Source of the DNA: Bacillota bacterium
GTDB taxonomy: Bacteria > Bacillota > Clostridia > Oscillospirales > Ruminococcaceae
Assembly (NCBI GenBank): GCA_023413185.1
Contig: JAEZQD010000152.1
Location: 6,368 to 70,367 of the forward strand
Length of the DNA stretch: 64,000 nucleotides
Reading direction: 5' to 3'
This document shows, piece after piece, positions 37,039-45,167 of the stretch; the stretch's first letter is position 1, and each line of letters starts with the position of its first letter. A model generated the notes under the pieces. That model was not told the origin of the DNA, did no database searches, and worked only from the letters and a program-made list of their open reading frames with translations. A program made the translations under genes and the position numbers.

Positions 37039-37836
37039 TTGGACTACAGCTTTAACGGAGAAATCGCAAAACTGTACGGCGTTGACGAGGCGGTTTTTAT
37101 CCACAACCTGTACTGGTGGATAGCGAAAAACGAAGCCAACGGGCGGCATTACTACGACGGGCGAAATTGGACGTATAACAGCATGGATGCGTTTGCAAGG
37201 CTGTTTCCGTTTTGGAGCGCAAGGCAAGTTCGCCGTATTGTAAAAAAACTGTACGAGAATGGCGCGATACATATTGGCAATTACAATCAACGAGGGTTTG
37301 ACCGCACCCAGTGGTATGCATTAGACCAATCGGTCACAGCATTATACCAAATAGGCGATTCCATTCGACCAAACAGTCAAATGGAAGTGACAGAACAGTC
37401 AAATGGAAGTGACCAAACAGTCAGACCAATACCAGATAGTAAACCAGATAGTAAACCAGATATAAACACAGATACGGAGAAAACGTCCTGTAAACAAATA
37501 TCGGAACTGTTTAACTCAACCTGCAAATCCTACGCATCCGTAACAAAACTGTCCGAATCCCGCAAAAAAGCAATCAAGGCACGGTTGGCTGACGGGTACA
37601 TACTGGATGACTTCCAAACACTATTCGCAAAAGCCGAGGCATCAGACTTTTTGCGCGGCATGGTGAAATCCAAAGGTCACGAAAACTGGAAAGCCACGTT
37701 TGACTGGCTGATAACCGACCGAAATATGCCAAGGGTGATTGAGGGTGTGTTTGACAACAAGGCAAAGCAATCGTCAGGCAGTTTGAACATGGAGCTTATC
37801 GAGAACGAGGGGCTTTACTACGTGCCGAAGCTGTGA
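37039..37836 (+). CDS. Phage replication initiator protein
   Basis: N-terminal winged helix (WTYNS..FPFWS..DRTQWY), central iterons, C-terminal WKATFDWLI domain. Confidence 0.85.
   Translation: MDYSFNGEIAKLYGVDEAVFIHNLYWWIAKNEANGRHYYDGRNWTYNSMDAFARLFPFWSARQVRRIVKKLYENGAIHIGNYNQRGFDRTQWYALDQSVTALYQIGDSIRPNSQMEVTEQSNGSDQTVRPIPDSKPDSKPDINTDTEKTSCKQISELFNSTCKSYASVTKLSESRKKAIKARLADGYILDDFQTLFAKAEASDFLRGMVKSKGHENWKATFDWLITDRNMPRVIEGVFDNKAKQSSGSLNMELIENEGLYYVPKL
37367..37474. repeat. Iterons, putative phage origin of replication
   Basis: 22-bp GAC(C/A)(A/G)AACAGTCAAATGGAAGT at 37367 and 37389, partial at 37411; then 12-bp ACCAGATAGTAA repeats from 37431. Confidence 0.75.
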
Positions 37837-37876
37837 CAATTTGTTGACCTTAACAAAATGATTGGAGGAACAACGC

Positions 37877-38062
37877 GTGTTTGAAAGTTTAATAGGCAAA
37901 AGGGTAATTATAACGGGCGACCACCCGTGGGCTGGCGAAACCGGAGTTGTCGAAGCTGTGAAAACAACGTCGTTCGGAAAAACGGGCATGATTGTAACGC
38001 TCGACAACGGAAATTCGTGTTTTGTCTTTAGCGGCGCTCAGGTAAAGCAGCTAAAAGCATGA
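37877..38062 (+). CDS. Small KOW/SH3-like hypothetical protein
   Basis: RBS GGAGG; GKRVIITGDHPWAGETGVV. Confidence 0.55.
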   Translation: MFESLIGKRVIITGDHPWAGETGVVEAVKTTSFGKTGMIVTLDNGNSCFVFSGAQVKQLKA

Positions 38063-38409
38063 ACTGGTCAGAGGAAGAATACGCCGCATACTTAGCGCGA
38101 ACCGGCAAACCAGCACCAAAACCCAAAAAATCAAAGTACAACAACTGCCGCACAAACGGTCACGCGTCAAAACATGAGGATGATGTTGCTGCCGATTTAC
38201 ACATGAGGGCAAAAGCGGAGCGAATAACCGTTTTGGAGCAAGTACCGTTTGAGTTGGTCGGCGGGGTTAAGTACATAGCGGACTTTGTGATACTCCACCC
38301 CAACGGCACATACGAGGTTTTGGACGCGAAAGGGATGCGAACGGACGTGTACAAAATTAAGAAAAAACAATTTGAATCCCTGTGGGAGCAGGAATTAAAG
38401 GAGGTTTGA
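38059..38409 (+). CDS. DUF1064-family PD-(D/E)xK nuclease (resolvase-like)
   Basis: SKYNN, EQVPFEL, YIADFV, DAKGMRTDVYKIKKK. Confidence 0.85.
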   Translation: MNWSEEEYAAYLARTGKPAPKPKKSKYNNCRTNGHASKHEDDVAADLHMRAKAERITVLEQVPFELVGGVKYIADFVILHPNGTYEVLDAKGMRTDVYKIKKKQFESLWEQELKEV

Positions 38410-38412
38410 CAA

Positions 38413-38835
38413 TTGAACTTAAACGAACTAGCAAAAGAAATCCACGAAAACGCGGTGGCGCATGGATGGTGGGACGAGCCGAGAAGCTTCGGGGAAATAG
38501 TTGCCTTGTGCCATTCGGAACTATCTGAAGCATTGGAAGAACACAGGGACGGCAGGGCGAATGTGTGGTTTGCCTGCATCCCAACGGATGCGTTTGCCGG
38601 ATGCAGAAACATGACGCACTGCAAAAACAATAAAAGCAATCTTGGGTGCAAAAGCCTTCAATTGTGCCGGTATAAAGACAAGAAGCCAGAAGGGATTGCG
38701 GTAGAAATGGCAGACTGCCTTATCCGAATACTTGACTGGTGCGGCAAAGAGGGCATCGACATTGACGAGATTGTCCGTATCAAACATGAGTACAACAAAA
38801 CCAGACCGTACAAGCACGGGGGCAAGCTGATATGA
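38413..38835 (+). CDS. MazG-like nucleotide pyrophosphohydrolase
   Basis: HSELSEALE and VEMADCLIRILD motifs; KHEYNKTRPYKHG tail. Confidence 0.85.
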   Translation: MNLNELAKEIHENAVAHGWWDEPRSFGEIVALCHSELSEALEEHRDGRANVWFACIPTDAFAGCRNMTHCKNNKSNLGCKSLQLCRYKDKKPEGIAVEMADCLIRILDWCGKEGIDIDEIVRIKHEYNKTRPYKHGGKLI

Positions 38836-39539
38836 CCAGAGAACAATTACTATCGGTCGCGCGATCGATTTTGTTTAACACCGAAACGGTACGAGCGATA
38901 TTGGACGGGCGCAAGACGGTTACAAGGCGGGTTGTTAAGGGCTTGCCTGACTGCAACCTTATGTATCTTGAAACAAATCCGTCTGTTTACACGGAGGACA
39001 ATCCAGACAAAGAAAGAACGCTTAACGGTCTATGGGCGATATTCGAATCATGTGGTGACGAATATGAAGAATGCCCAATGCGGAAGTCTGCATACAAAGT
39101 TGGCGACATCCTCTATGTGCGGGAAACGTTCCACCAAAATTATGACGGTTCATACGCTTATAAAGCGTATTCTCCTACAAATTCTGGTTGGTCGCCATCC
39201 ATCCACATGCCAAAAGAAGCCGCCCGTATCTTCTTGCGCGTTACCGATGTGCGGGTGGAAAGGTTGCAGGATATCACAGAGGAACAGGCTAAGAATGAGG
39301 GAATATCAGAACAAGAAATTATTAAAGCTTGGAATTCAGTTTATAAGCACAAGGGCGGTTTCACAGAGAAAATATCCGAAAACCTTATCAGATTGTTTGG
39401 CACAGATAGCCACATAATCTATGTCTTTAAAAACCTATGGAACAGCACAATCAAAAAACAAGACCTCAACCGCTACGATTGGGACGCAAACCCGTGGGTA
39501 TGGGTCTATGAACTTGAAAGGGTGATTGAGGACGCATGA
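38832..39539 (+). CDS. Phage ASCH/PUA-like domain protein
   Basis: AILDGRKTVTRR, GDILYVRET, WSPSIHMPKEAARIFL, NPWVWV. Confidence 0.75.
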   Translation: MTREQLLSVARSILFNTETVRAILDGRKTVTRRVVKGLPDCNLMYLETNPSVYTEDNPDKERTLNGLWAIFESCGDEYEECPMRKSAYKVGDILYVRETFHQNYDGSYAYKAYSPTNSGWSPSIHMPKEAARIFLRVTDVRVERLQDITEEQAKNEGISEQEIIKAWNSVYKHKGGFTEKISENLIRLFGTDSHIIYVFKNLWNSTIKKQDLNRYDWDANPWVWVYELERVIEDA

Positions 39540-40354
39540 AGTACATTGTCTGTTATTCGGGCGGTCACTCATCCGCGCTGGTTGCGATTGAAGCCGTAAG
39601 AAAGGCAGGGAAAGAAAGCGTAATATTGCTAAATCACGACATATCAAGCGAAGCAGAACACGCAGACATAAAACGATTTAAGCAAGAGGTGGCAGACTAC
39701 CTTGATTTGCCGATAACGTACGCAAACGCGGATGGCTTTGAGACGCTAACACCGCTTGAGGTTTGCAGACGACGCGGGGTGTTTGTAAACCCAAGTACAC
39801 AGCAAGCATTATGCACTTACTACCTCAAAACAGAGCCTTTTTACAAATGGCTTAAAGAAAACTATCCGTCATCCGCAGAACGCCCAAGAGAGGACGTAAA
39901 AATACTTTACGGGTTTGATGCTGACGAGCCGGACAGAATAACGCGAAAAGTCGGCGTAATGGCAACAATGGGGCACTACACGGACTACCCGCTTGCATTT
40001 TGGAAAAGAACCATAGAAAACACTGAATCAATCGGGATAAGCCGCCCGTTGACCTACAAAATTTTTAAGCACGCGAATTGTTTCCCTTGCTTAAAGGCGG
40101 GAAAACAACACTGGTACATAGCATACTGCCTTAAACGCAAGCAGTTTGACGAAGCGGCTGTGCTGGAAAAAGAAATCGGGCACACGTTACTCAAGGGCGT
40201 ATCGCTAGAAGAATGCGTACCGGAATTTGAGCGAATGGTTGAGTGTGGCATGTGCCCGAACGACCGAGAAAATAGTGCGTCGTTTTGGGCAAAAGTAAAC
40301 AACGCAATACCAGACCAACAAACATTACTGCCGTGCGATTGTGCGATTTTATAG
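39536..40354 (+). CDS. PAPS-reductase-like PP-loop protein
   Basis: N-terminal YSGGHSS PP-loop; CTYYLK, GFDADEPDR, HANCFPCLKAG, terminal CDC. Confidence 0.75.
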   Translation: MKYIVCYSGGHSSALVAIEAVRKAGKESVILLNHDISSEAEHADIKRFKQEVADYLDLPITYANADGFETLTPLEVCRRRGVFVNPSTQQALCTYYLKTEPFYKWLKENYPSSAERPREDVKILYGFDADEPDRITRKVGVMATMGHYTDYPLAFWKRTIENTESIGISRPLTYKIFKHANCFPCLKAGKQHWYIAYCLKRKQFDEAAVLEKEIGHTLLKGVSLEECVPEFERMVECGMCPNDRENSASFWAKVNNAIPDQQTLLPCDCAIL

Positions 40355-40362
40355 GAGGATTT

Positions 40363-40914
40363 ATGAAAAAACTACTATGTTTTATCCTTGCCGTCATGGT
40401 GGCGGCAACTACGGTATACGCCAAGACAGCAATTGACCTAACAGCCGACTACGACAAGCCAACGGTCGAGGAACTAGAAGCGGGATTGCTATTTGAACTT
40501 AAACCATACGCGGCTGAATACTTGGCGGCGGCGGAGGAATACGGCGTTAATGTTTACTTTCTCTGCGCAAAGGATGGACTTGAATCATGGTGGGGTCAAG
40601 ACACAATAGCCAAAAACAATCTAGGCGGGTGGAGGCTTGACAGCGGCGAATATAAGCCGTTTGACAGCGTGGAGGAATCTATCTGGTACAGGGCAAAAAA
40701 CATAAAGGTTATGTACCTCACGCCGAAGCCGACAAACGCAGACCCCGAGGATATAACGGGTGATTACTTCACAGGCTACACGCTAGAGGACGTTAATGTT
40801 TACTACAACGGCACTGACGCGTGGCTAAAGGCAGTAAACGGCATCTGGTACGACATTGAGTGGCGCGTTGGGAAGTACCGGAAGGAAATGGAGGGCAACC
40901 ATGCGGACGATTGA
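40363..40914 (+). CDS. Secreted glucosaminidase (GH73-like) cell-wall hydrolase
   Basis: Signal peptide MKKLLCFILAVMVAATTVYA; EEYGVN, LESWWG, NNLGG, FDSVEESI. Confidence 0.75.
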   Translation: MKKLLCFILAVMVAATTVYAKTAIDLTADYDKPTVEELEAGLLFELKPYAAEYLAAAEEYGVNVYFLCAKDGLESWWGQDTIAKNNLGGWRLDSGEYKPFDSVEESIWYRAKNIKVMYLTPKPTNADPEDITGDYFTGYTLEDVNVYYNGTDAWLKAVNGIWYDIEWRVGKYRKEMEGNHADD

Positions 40915-41326
40915 GGAAATCAAGGCTAACATAAAACAAATGGGCGCATTGGAACCGGAGATTGGCGAGCGCAGTTGTTTACAAAGAGAACTGTACAGGG
41001 CAATTACAGACAGCATCCCGCTTGACCGCTTAGAAGAAATCTGCAACGCCGAGCGCGAGGGGCGGTGCGTGGTGTTGCCGTGCAGGGTTGGGGATACGGT
41101 GTATTTTATTAAGAGTTGCTTTTCCTACGCTAAAAGTCCTATGCGAGGCACGGTGTGCATGATAAAGACTTTTTCGGAAAGAAACACATTTACATTTGGC
41201 GTTATTATGGAAGGCAGCAATCAAGAGCGAAGCTTTACTGCTTTTGACATTGGCAAAACCGCATTCCTCACCCGCGAAGCCGCAGAACAGGCGTTAAAGG
41301 AGCGTGAGCAAGATGAACAAGTATGA
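40901..41326 (+). CDS. Hypothetical phage protein
   Basis: EREGRCVVLPCRVGDTVY..GKTAFLTREAAEQAL pattern typical of Bacillota phage early genes. Confidence 0.7.
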   Translation: MRTIEEIKANIKQMGALEPEIGERSCLQRELYRAITDSIPLDRLEEICNAEREGRCVVLPCRVGDTVYFIKSCFSYAKSPMRGTVCMIKTFSERNTFTFGVIMEGSNQERSFTAFDIGKTAFLTREAAEQALKEREQDEQV

Positions 41327-41654
41327 GCAATCAATTGTTGACCGTCTGCGGTACGGACTGTATGGGCGGTTTTCGGTAACTCTCGGAGCAGACGAAGTAC
41401 ACATACCAATGAACGCCATAGAGGAAAACGAAAAGCTTCGCGCCGACTTCGCCCGTGTTACTGCGGAGAGAGACGCGGCGGTGGAGGATATCAAGCACAA
41501 CAACAACTGCACCGTCTGCGCTTACGGGCTGAGCCAAGGAGACTGCGAAACCAACGACTACGACTGCGAAAACTGCCGCGCCAATTGCGAGTGCAAAAGT
41601 TGCCGCAACGAAAACAATTGGAAATGGCGCGGCATGAAGGAGGTTTTGAAATGA
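41313..41654 (+). CDS. Cys-rich hypothetical phage protein
   Basis: AERDAAVEDI..CTVC..CENC..CKSC..WKWRG. Confidence 0.65.
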   Translation: MNKYEQSIVDRLRYGLYGRFSVTLGADEVHIPMNAIEENEKLRADFARVTAERDAAVEDIKHNNNCTVCAYGLSQGDCETNDYDCENCRANCECKSCRNENNWKWRGMKEVLK

Positions 41655-42049
41655 CTGTAAAGGCGTGTGAGAGGTGCGGAAAGACGTTTAACTCATATTT
41701 TTACGAAACAATGTGCTATAAGTGCCAGACCGAAAAGAACCTTGAAGATGTGAGGGAAAGCATATTGTCCGGAGAAGAAACAAGTACCGACTGCGAAAGC
41801 GATGTAATCTGTCCGTGGTGTTGCGAAGTGATAGAGGGAGACTGCGAAACAAGCGAGTTTTACGAAGATGGTACACATGTTTTTGACTGTCCTTTCTGCG
41901 AAAAGGAATTTACATTGTCCACAAGCGTGTCCTATACATACTCCACGGAACGAGAACTCCCAGACTATGTTTTGCGGGAACGCGAGTACAGGAGGTTGGA
42001 ACGGGAGAAGTTTATTGCTCGGTCTCAGAAGGAGGACAACAATGTCTAA
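41651..42049 (+). CDS. Zinc-ribbon hypothetical phage protein
   Basis: CERC, CYKC, CPWC, CPFC pairs. Confidence 0.65.
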   Translation: MTVKACERCGKTFNSYFYETMCYKCQTEKNLEDVRESILSGEETSTDCESDVICPWCCEVIEGDCETSEFYEDGTHVFDCPFCEKEFTLSTSVSYTYSTERELPDYVLREREYRRLEREKFIARSQKEDNNV

Positions 42050-42212
42050 AATCACAATAACCGTTACGATACCAAGCGGAGACACTTGCGCGGGCTGTCG
42101 GCATCAGTCAATGGGAAACGATGGGTGTTTGCTGTTTAAGGAGATTCGGAGCAGGCGGGACGGAGAATATGTCAAATGTGCATTGTGTAAGGAGGCTGCC
42201 AATGGCGATTAA
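42042..42212 (+). CDS. Small Cys-rich hypothetical protein
   Basis: RBS AGGAGG; CAGC..CLLF..CALC. Confidence 0.55.
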   Translation: MSKITITVTIPSGDTCAGCRHQSMGNDGCLLFKEIRSRRDGEYVKCALCKEAANGD

Positions 42213-42561
42213 GCTATATTGCCTAAACCCGTCATGCGTGTGGCGAACGCCGGATAATGTCTGCTCGTGGACAATGTGCCCGACAAAAGACAGGGTATCA
42301 GTTGACGCAACGCCAAAGTATAACATTGCAGCCCTTGCGGCGTGTGTAAACAAGCTTGACAAAGACAGGCACAAATCAAAACCAACACGGGGTAGATCTG
42401 TAATCGGCACAGACAAGGACGGAAAAGAGCACCGCTATAAATCCTCGGCAGACGCGTACAGGGCACACGGGATAAGCCGGAGTAATTTGTCAAACGCCTT
42501 AAACCAAAAAACAAGGGCGGGCGGGCTGTATTGGAGGTATGCGGATGCAGACAAGGCATAA
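42202..42561 (+). CDS. Protein with NUMOD1-like DNA-binding C-terminus
   Basis: YKSSADAYRAHGISRSNLSNALNQKTRAGGLYWRY. Confidence 0.65.
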   Translation: MAIKLYCLNPSCVWRTPDNVCSWTMCPTKDRVSVDATPKYNIAALAACVNKLDKDRHKSKPTRGRSVIGTDKDGKEHRYKSSADAYRAHGISRSNLSNALNQKTRAGGLYWRYADADKA

Positions 42562-43030
42562 GCTGCCTGACGATGTAAAGCAATCTGTTATCTCCTACAT
42601 ACGCGGATATGACCGTAGGCTAAAGCGGTATCTGTCAATGCGCAGCGATATAATCAATTCTACAGGGTGCGCCTTTGCGGAATACACAGCATCGCACGAG
42701 GGCAAGCAAGAAACGCGGCGGCAGTACTTCTCGCACGGCAGCGAAGTAGGCAGACCCGTGGAAAATAAAGCGGAAAAGCTTGAAGCCCTTGAATTTCAGC
42801 CAGACGTCAAGAAGATGCGCGCGGTCGAGCAAGCAAAGAACACCATAGGGGCAGACTTACAGAGCGAGGAACTCCGAGAGAAGCTAAAAACCGCGATATG
42901 GCTTAACTGCCTTGCGGGGCGGCAATATCCATACGAGATATTGGACGTACCGACAATCGGGCGAAATGAGTTTTATCGCAGAAAGGCGGAGTTTGTGTAT
43001 TTGATTGCTGAGATTGAAATGTTGATTTAG
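42545..43030 (+). CDS. Putative late transcriptional activator (ArpU/RinA position)
   Basis: Last early gene before packaging; C-terminal HTH-like GRNEFYRRKAEFVYLIA. Confidence 0.6.
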   Translation: MQTRHKLPDDVKQSVISYIRGYDRRLKRYLSMRSDIINSTGCAFAEYTASHEGKQETRRQYFSHGSEVGRPVENKAEKLEALEFQPDVKKMRAVEQAKNTIGADLQSEELREKLKTAIWLNCLAGRQYPYEILDVPTIGRNEFYRRKAEFVYLIAEIEMLI

Positions 43031-43181
43031 GTACTGTGCATCCAAAAACAATGGTAAAATTATCATAGTGGGAATTGTATAGAGGCGGATAAGCTTCGGC
43101 TGCCGCCTCACCCGCTAAACAACAACACAAAGCCGCTCAGAGATGGGCGGATTTGTTATATCAAATAGCGAGGTGGTGAGA

Positions 43182-43655
43182 GTGGCAAAGAGTAAATGGG
43201 AGTATGTGCAAAGCAAACTAGACGCTGTATCGACATGGTGTCGGGCTGGCGTTTTGGAAAAGGATATAGCAAAGAAGTTAGGCATAAGCGTGTCTACTTT
43301 TGAATCATACAAGCTGCAGCACCCGGAATTTTTGGAAGCCTTAAAAAACGGGCGGGAAGATGCGGACGACCAAGTAGAAGCTGCCTTGTTTGAAAAGTGT
43401 ATCGGAAAGCATTATTACGAGCAGGTGGCGTTTAAGTGCAAAGAAGTGTACTACGACGAACAAGACCGCAGATGCGAACGAGAGGAAATTAAAATCACAG
43501 AGGTAAAGCGGTTTATGACTCCTGAGACAATGGCGCAGTTGGCGTGGCTCAATAACCGCAGGCCAGACAGATGGAGAAGGAACGCGGGCAAGGAAAGGCT
43601 TGACGAAAAGAAGTTTGAGCACGACAAAGAAATAGACGACAAGAGGTACTTTTAG
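43182..43655 (+). CDS. HTH protein resembling a terminase small subunit
   Basis: DIAKKLGISVSTFESYK..FLEALKNGR..VEAALF..WLNNRRPDRWR. Confidence 0.7.
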   Translation: MAKSKWEYVQSKLDAVSTWCRAGVLEKDIAKKLGISVSTFESYKLQHPEFLEALKNGREDADDQVEAALFEKCIGKHYYEQVAFKCKEVYYDEQDRRCEREEIKITEVKRFMTPETMAQLAWLNNRRPDRWRRNAGKERLDEKKFEHDKEIDDKRYF

Positions 43656-44332
43656 TGGATAAGCTTCATTCTTTCTACACAAGCAAAGCGTGGCGCGATT
43701 TGTCGTACATGCTCAAAGTGCAACGTGGCGGCAAGTGCGAACGGTGCGGCGATATAATGCTTGATTGGTCAAAGCTCATTGGGCATCACAAAGTAGAGCT
43801 GACCGAGCAAAACGTTGACATACCGGCAATATCTCTTAACCCTGACCAGATAGAGGTTATCTGTTGTAATTGCCACAACGAGGAGCATAGGAGATTCGGT
43901 CACGGCAAAAAGGTTTACATCGTGTGGGGCAGTCCTCTTTCGGGCAAGACCACAACGGTTAGAGAGATAATGCGGTACGGCGATATTGTATTAGACATGG
44001 ATGCACTATGGCAAGCAGTAACGTTTCAGCCTGAGTATATTAAGCCAGACAACGTAAGGTACAACGTGTTTGCATTAAGAGACAACCTCATGGAGCAAAT
44101 CAAGATGCGGCACGGTCAATGGTACGATGCGTACATTATAGGAGGATATCCGGATAAGTACGAGCGGCAAAGACTGTGCAACACGCTAGGCGCAGAGGAA
44201 ATCTATTGCGAGAGCACAAAAGCTGAATGCCTAGAGCGCAGAGCAAAGAGCGGCAAGCCTGTTGTGTGGGATGATTACATTAACGAGTGGTGGGACGTAT
44301 ATGAAAGGAGCCAAGATGTATATACCGTTTAA
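43655..44332 (+). CDS. HNH endonuclease fused to a P-loop kinase/ATPase domain
   Basis: CERC..GHHKVEL..CCNCHNEEH then GSPLSGKTT and LDMD. Confidence 0.85.
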   Translation: MDKLHSFYTSKAWRDLSYMLKVQRGGKCERCGDIMLDWSKLIGHHKVELTEQNVDIPAISLNPDQIEVICCNCHNEEHRRFGHGKKVYIVWGSPLSGKTTTVREIMRYGDIVLDMDALWQAVTFQPEYIKPDNVRYNVFALRDNLMEQIKMRHGQWYDAYIIGGYPDKYERQRLCNTLGAEEIYCESTKAECLERRAKSGKPVVWDDYINEWWDVYERSQDVYTV

Positions 44333-44555
44333 CAGCGATTACAGCGAGGACGCAAGGGTAATGCTTCTTGCGCAGCGCGCGTCGGGGAAAATGGATGTGT
44401 ATCGCAAACTTAAAAGGATAATCAAAAAGACAAAAAGAGCGATATGGGTATGCAACATAAGACTTGCGTTGCTACAGGCGGCGCGTAAAGTTGTTCGCTG
44501 GGGCATGAAAACAACCGAAACGAAAGGAGTGGAGAGTAATGGCTATAAGCACTAA
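44316..44555 (+). CDS. Basic hypothetical phage protein
   Basis: RBS AAAGGAG before ATG 44316. Confidence 0.5.
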   Translation: MYIPFNSDYSEDARVMLLAQRASGKMDVYRKLKRIIKKTKRAIWVCNIRLALLQAARKVVRWGMKTTETKGVESNGYKH

Positions 44556-44754
44556 GGGGAGAACGATAAATATAAAAGCGAAAATACCTTTCTCGTTTTA
44601 CATGAGGATGCTAATGATACGGATATTTGACGGTTGCAAATGGTTTGACACAAGAAAGTGGTGCTTGAAAGCCTGTGGAACAATTGAGTGGAGCGTTGGC
44701 GGCAGAAAGTGGAAGCGACTAACCCCGCCCCGTGCACAGGCAACGAGCGCCTAA
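44539..44754 (+). CDS. Basic hypothetical phage protein
   Basis: RBS GGAG; overlaps previous gene. Confidence 0.45.
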   Translation: MAISTKGRTINIKAKIPFSFYMRMLMIRIFDGCKWFDTRKWCLKACGTIEWSVGGRKWKRLTPPRAQATSA

Positions 44755-44837
44755 TTAAATACTGGCGTAGGACTTCCACGCAACACACGCCAAAGTTTTG
44801 ACTTTTCATTTCAAAAAATCCGAAAGGGCGTGAACCT

Positions 44838-45167
44838 GTGCAAGACAAAGAGTTGTTAGCCGAGATTGAGCGTTTAAAGGCTCAATTCATAAACGCAGAC
44901 GAAAACAAGATAAACGCCCTGTCGGCACTAATTGAACAGGCGGCATACGAAACAATTTACTTAAAGCGGATCAACGAGAAAGCGATCACCACAGGGCTGG
45001 TTAAAATACACCCTGAAAACCCGGATATACAAAAAGCGTTGCCGGTATCGCAAGAAATCGCGCGGCATTCTGCGGCATTGACAAATATACTCGACAAGCT
45101 GTGCAAACACCTTGCAACGGCATCCGACGAGGAGGAGCTAGGACTTGACGAATACGGCGACGAATAG
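44838..45167 (+). CDS. Terminase small subunit
   Basis: 109 aa directly upstream of and overlapping terL; LIEQAA..KIHPENP..QKALP. Confidence 0.75.
   Translation: MQDKELLAEIERLKAQFINADENKINALSALIEQAAYETIYLKRINEKAITTGLVKIHPENPDIQKALPVSQEIARHSAALTNILDKLCKHLATASDEEELGLDEYGDE

Noticed and set aside
39536..40354. Auxiliary sulfate-assimilation gene cysH
   Set aside because: Lacks the SGGKDS and C-terminal ECGLH motifs of true PAPS reductases; only fold-level similarity
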